DNA of 64,000 nt from Candidatus Hydrogenedentota bacterium (GTDB taxonomy: Bacteria > Hydrogenedentota > Hydrogenedentia > Hydrogenedentales > SLHB01): NCBI GenBank assembly GCA_045863335.1, contig BTVY01000010.1, forward strand, positions 1 to 64,000, read 5' to 3'. The notes below the pieces were generated by a model that was given only the letters and a program-made list of their open reading frames with translations, did no database searches and was not told the origin of the DNA. This document shows positions 63,298 to 64,000 of this stretch, one piece after another. Position numbers and translations under genes: made by a program. Within the stretch, counting starts at the first letter, position 1. Every line of letters starts with the position of its first letter.

Positions 63298-63432
63298 TTA
63301 TGCCTCGGTTACCGGCTTCGTGGGCACCCGAACGGTCCCCTGACATTCGGGACATTTGCCCTTCTTGCCGAGGGCGTCGTCAGGGGCCTTCAGTTTTGCC
63401 TCGCAGTGCGGACATTTGATGACAAGTGCCAT
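63298..63432 (-). CDS. Unannotated 44-aa stand-alone zinc-ribbon microprotein
   Basis: MALVIKCPHCEAKLKAPDDALGKKGKCPECQGTVRVPTKPVTEA; two CPxC knuckles; RBS AAAGGGAG; ends 5 nt before the ectA start. Confidence 0.85.
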   Translation of the reverse strand: MALVIKCPHCEAKLKAPDDALGKKGKCPECQGTVRVPTKPVTEA

Positions 63433-63501
63433 AGGTCAATCGTCTCCCTTCGGTTGTTCGAGAAATGAGTTATGTGAAGCCCGTACGTCGTGGTCCCCAC
63501 A

Positions 63502-63906
63502 CTAGAATGACGCAGCGACTTCTCCACCCACCCGGAGCGGCAGACGCGCAAGGTTGTTTGCGATCTCCGACACCCGTTCAGACTTGGAAACCAAAAGCAA
63601 ACCTGGTTGCGTGCCGGCCGCAGCCATTTCGGCCGCGTCCCATTCGGTAGCCAATACAGCGATAGGGACCTTTCGGTCGAAGTCGCGGACGTTGAGCACA
63701 AGCTCAAGACAGTCCACGTTCGACGCGTCGAGGTCGGCGAGGACTGCCTGGTACCTCTTCCGGCGCAGGCTGCCAACGGCCTCGGAAATGTCGCGTACGA
63801 TTTCGGTGACGAGCCCGCACTCGAGAGCGGCCCGCGCTACGATGCCTCGGGGCCCGTTCGATACGATCAGGTCCTGTCCGGATGCCGTTTGGGTTCTGGG
63901 TGTCAT
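63502..63906 (-). CDS. Stand-alone, atypical response-regulator receiver-like protein
   Basis: REC-like pattern (EAVGSLRRKRYQAVLADLD, LELVLNVRDFDRKVPIAVL, LVSK). The usual acidic pair after beta1 is missing. Confidence 0.65.
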   Translation of the reverse strand: MTPRTQTASGQDLIVSNGPRGIVARAALECGLVTEIVRDISEAVGSLRRKRYQAVLADLDASNVDCLELVLNVRDFDRKVPIAVLATEWDAAEMAAAGTQPGLLLVSKSERVSEIANNLARLPLRVGGEVAASF

Positions 63907-63959
63907 ACCCCTGCATACCAGGTTGAAATGGGTTGCTGGTCGTGTGTGGTTAGGAACTA

Positions 63960-63975
63960 TGCAATACCGATGCCA
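63960..63975 (-). promoter_or_regulatory. Sigma54 (RpoN) -24/-12 promoter heading the ectoine operon
   Basis: Minus strand TGGCATCGGTATTGCA (GG-N10-GC), 54 bp upstream of the receiver gene. Confidence 0.75.
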
Positions 63976-64000
63976 AGTGCGCTCGGAAAACGTCGATACC

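Noticed and set aside
63293-63355. Long ectA start (MSRMSGD...)
   Set aside because: It overlaps the zinc-ribbon ORF in another frame and lacks EctA similarity.

Overview
High-GC (roughly 60-65% by eye) bacterial chromosome segment of mostly housekeeping and metabolic genes. The DUF1559 pilin-like protein style ([17 protein letters not shown]...[15 protein letters not shown]) suggests Candidatus Hydrogenedentes or a PVC-like lineage (inference). Main blocks: a SMUG1-type uracil-DNA glycosylase abutting a probable IS end; a DUF1559 + exported FmdE-like pair behind a NikR-type operator; the clpS-clpA-aat N-degron operon; a delta-9-type desaturase; an orphan CIRCE-controlled groEL; an AtpI-like gene followed by a complete V/A-type ATP synthase operon (H-I-K-E-C-F-A-B-D) with a Na+-type K subunit; metG; several secreted glycan-active proteins; an acyltransferase-lipase fusion; marR-doxX-pirin; a GT2/LAB_N/ArnT envelope-modification trio; comEC; and a minus-strand osmoprotection operon (sigma54 promoter - atypical receiver domain - 44-aa zinc-ribbon microprotein - ectABCD - ehuBCDA - SAM methyltransferase). 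Three small ORFs missing from the supplied ORF track (34929-35066, 51210-51353, 63298-63432) and several families of palindromic repeats/MITE-like elements were found. No rRNA, tRNA, CRISPR array or intact transposase was seen. The best candidates for undescribed systems are the extended ectoine operon (methyltransferase, zinc ribbon, sigma54/receiver control) and the putatively nickel-regulated DUF1559/FmdE unit.
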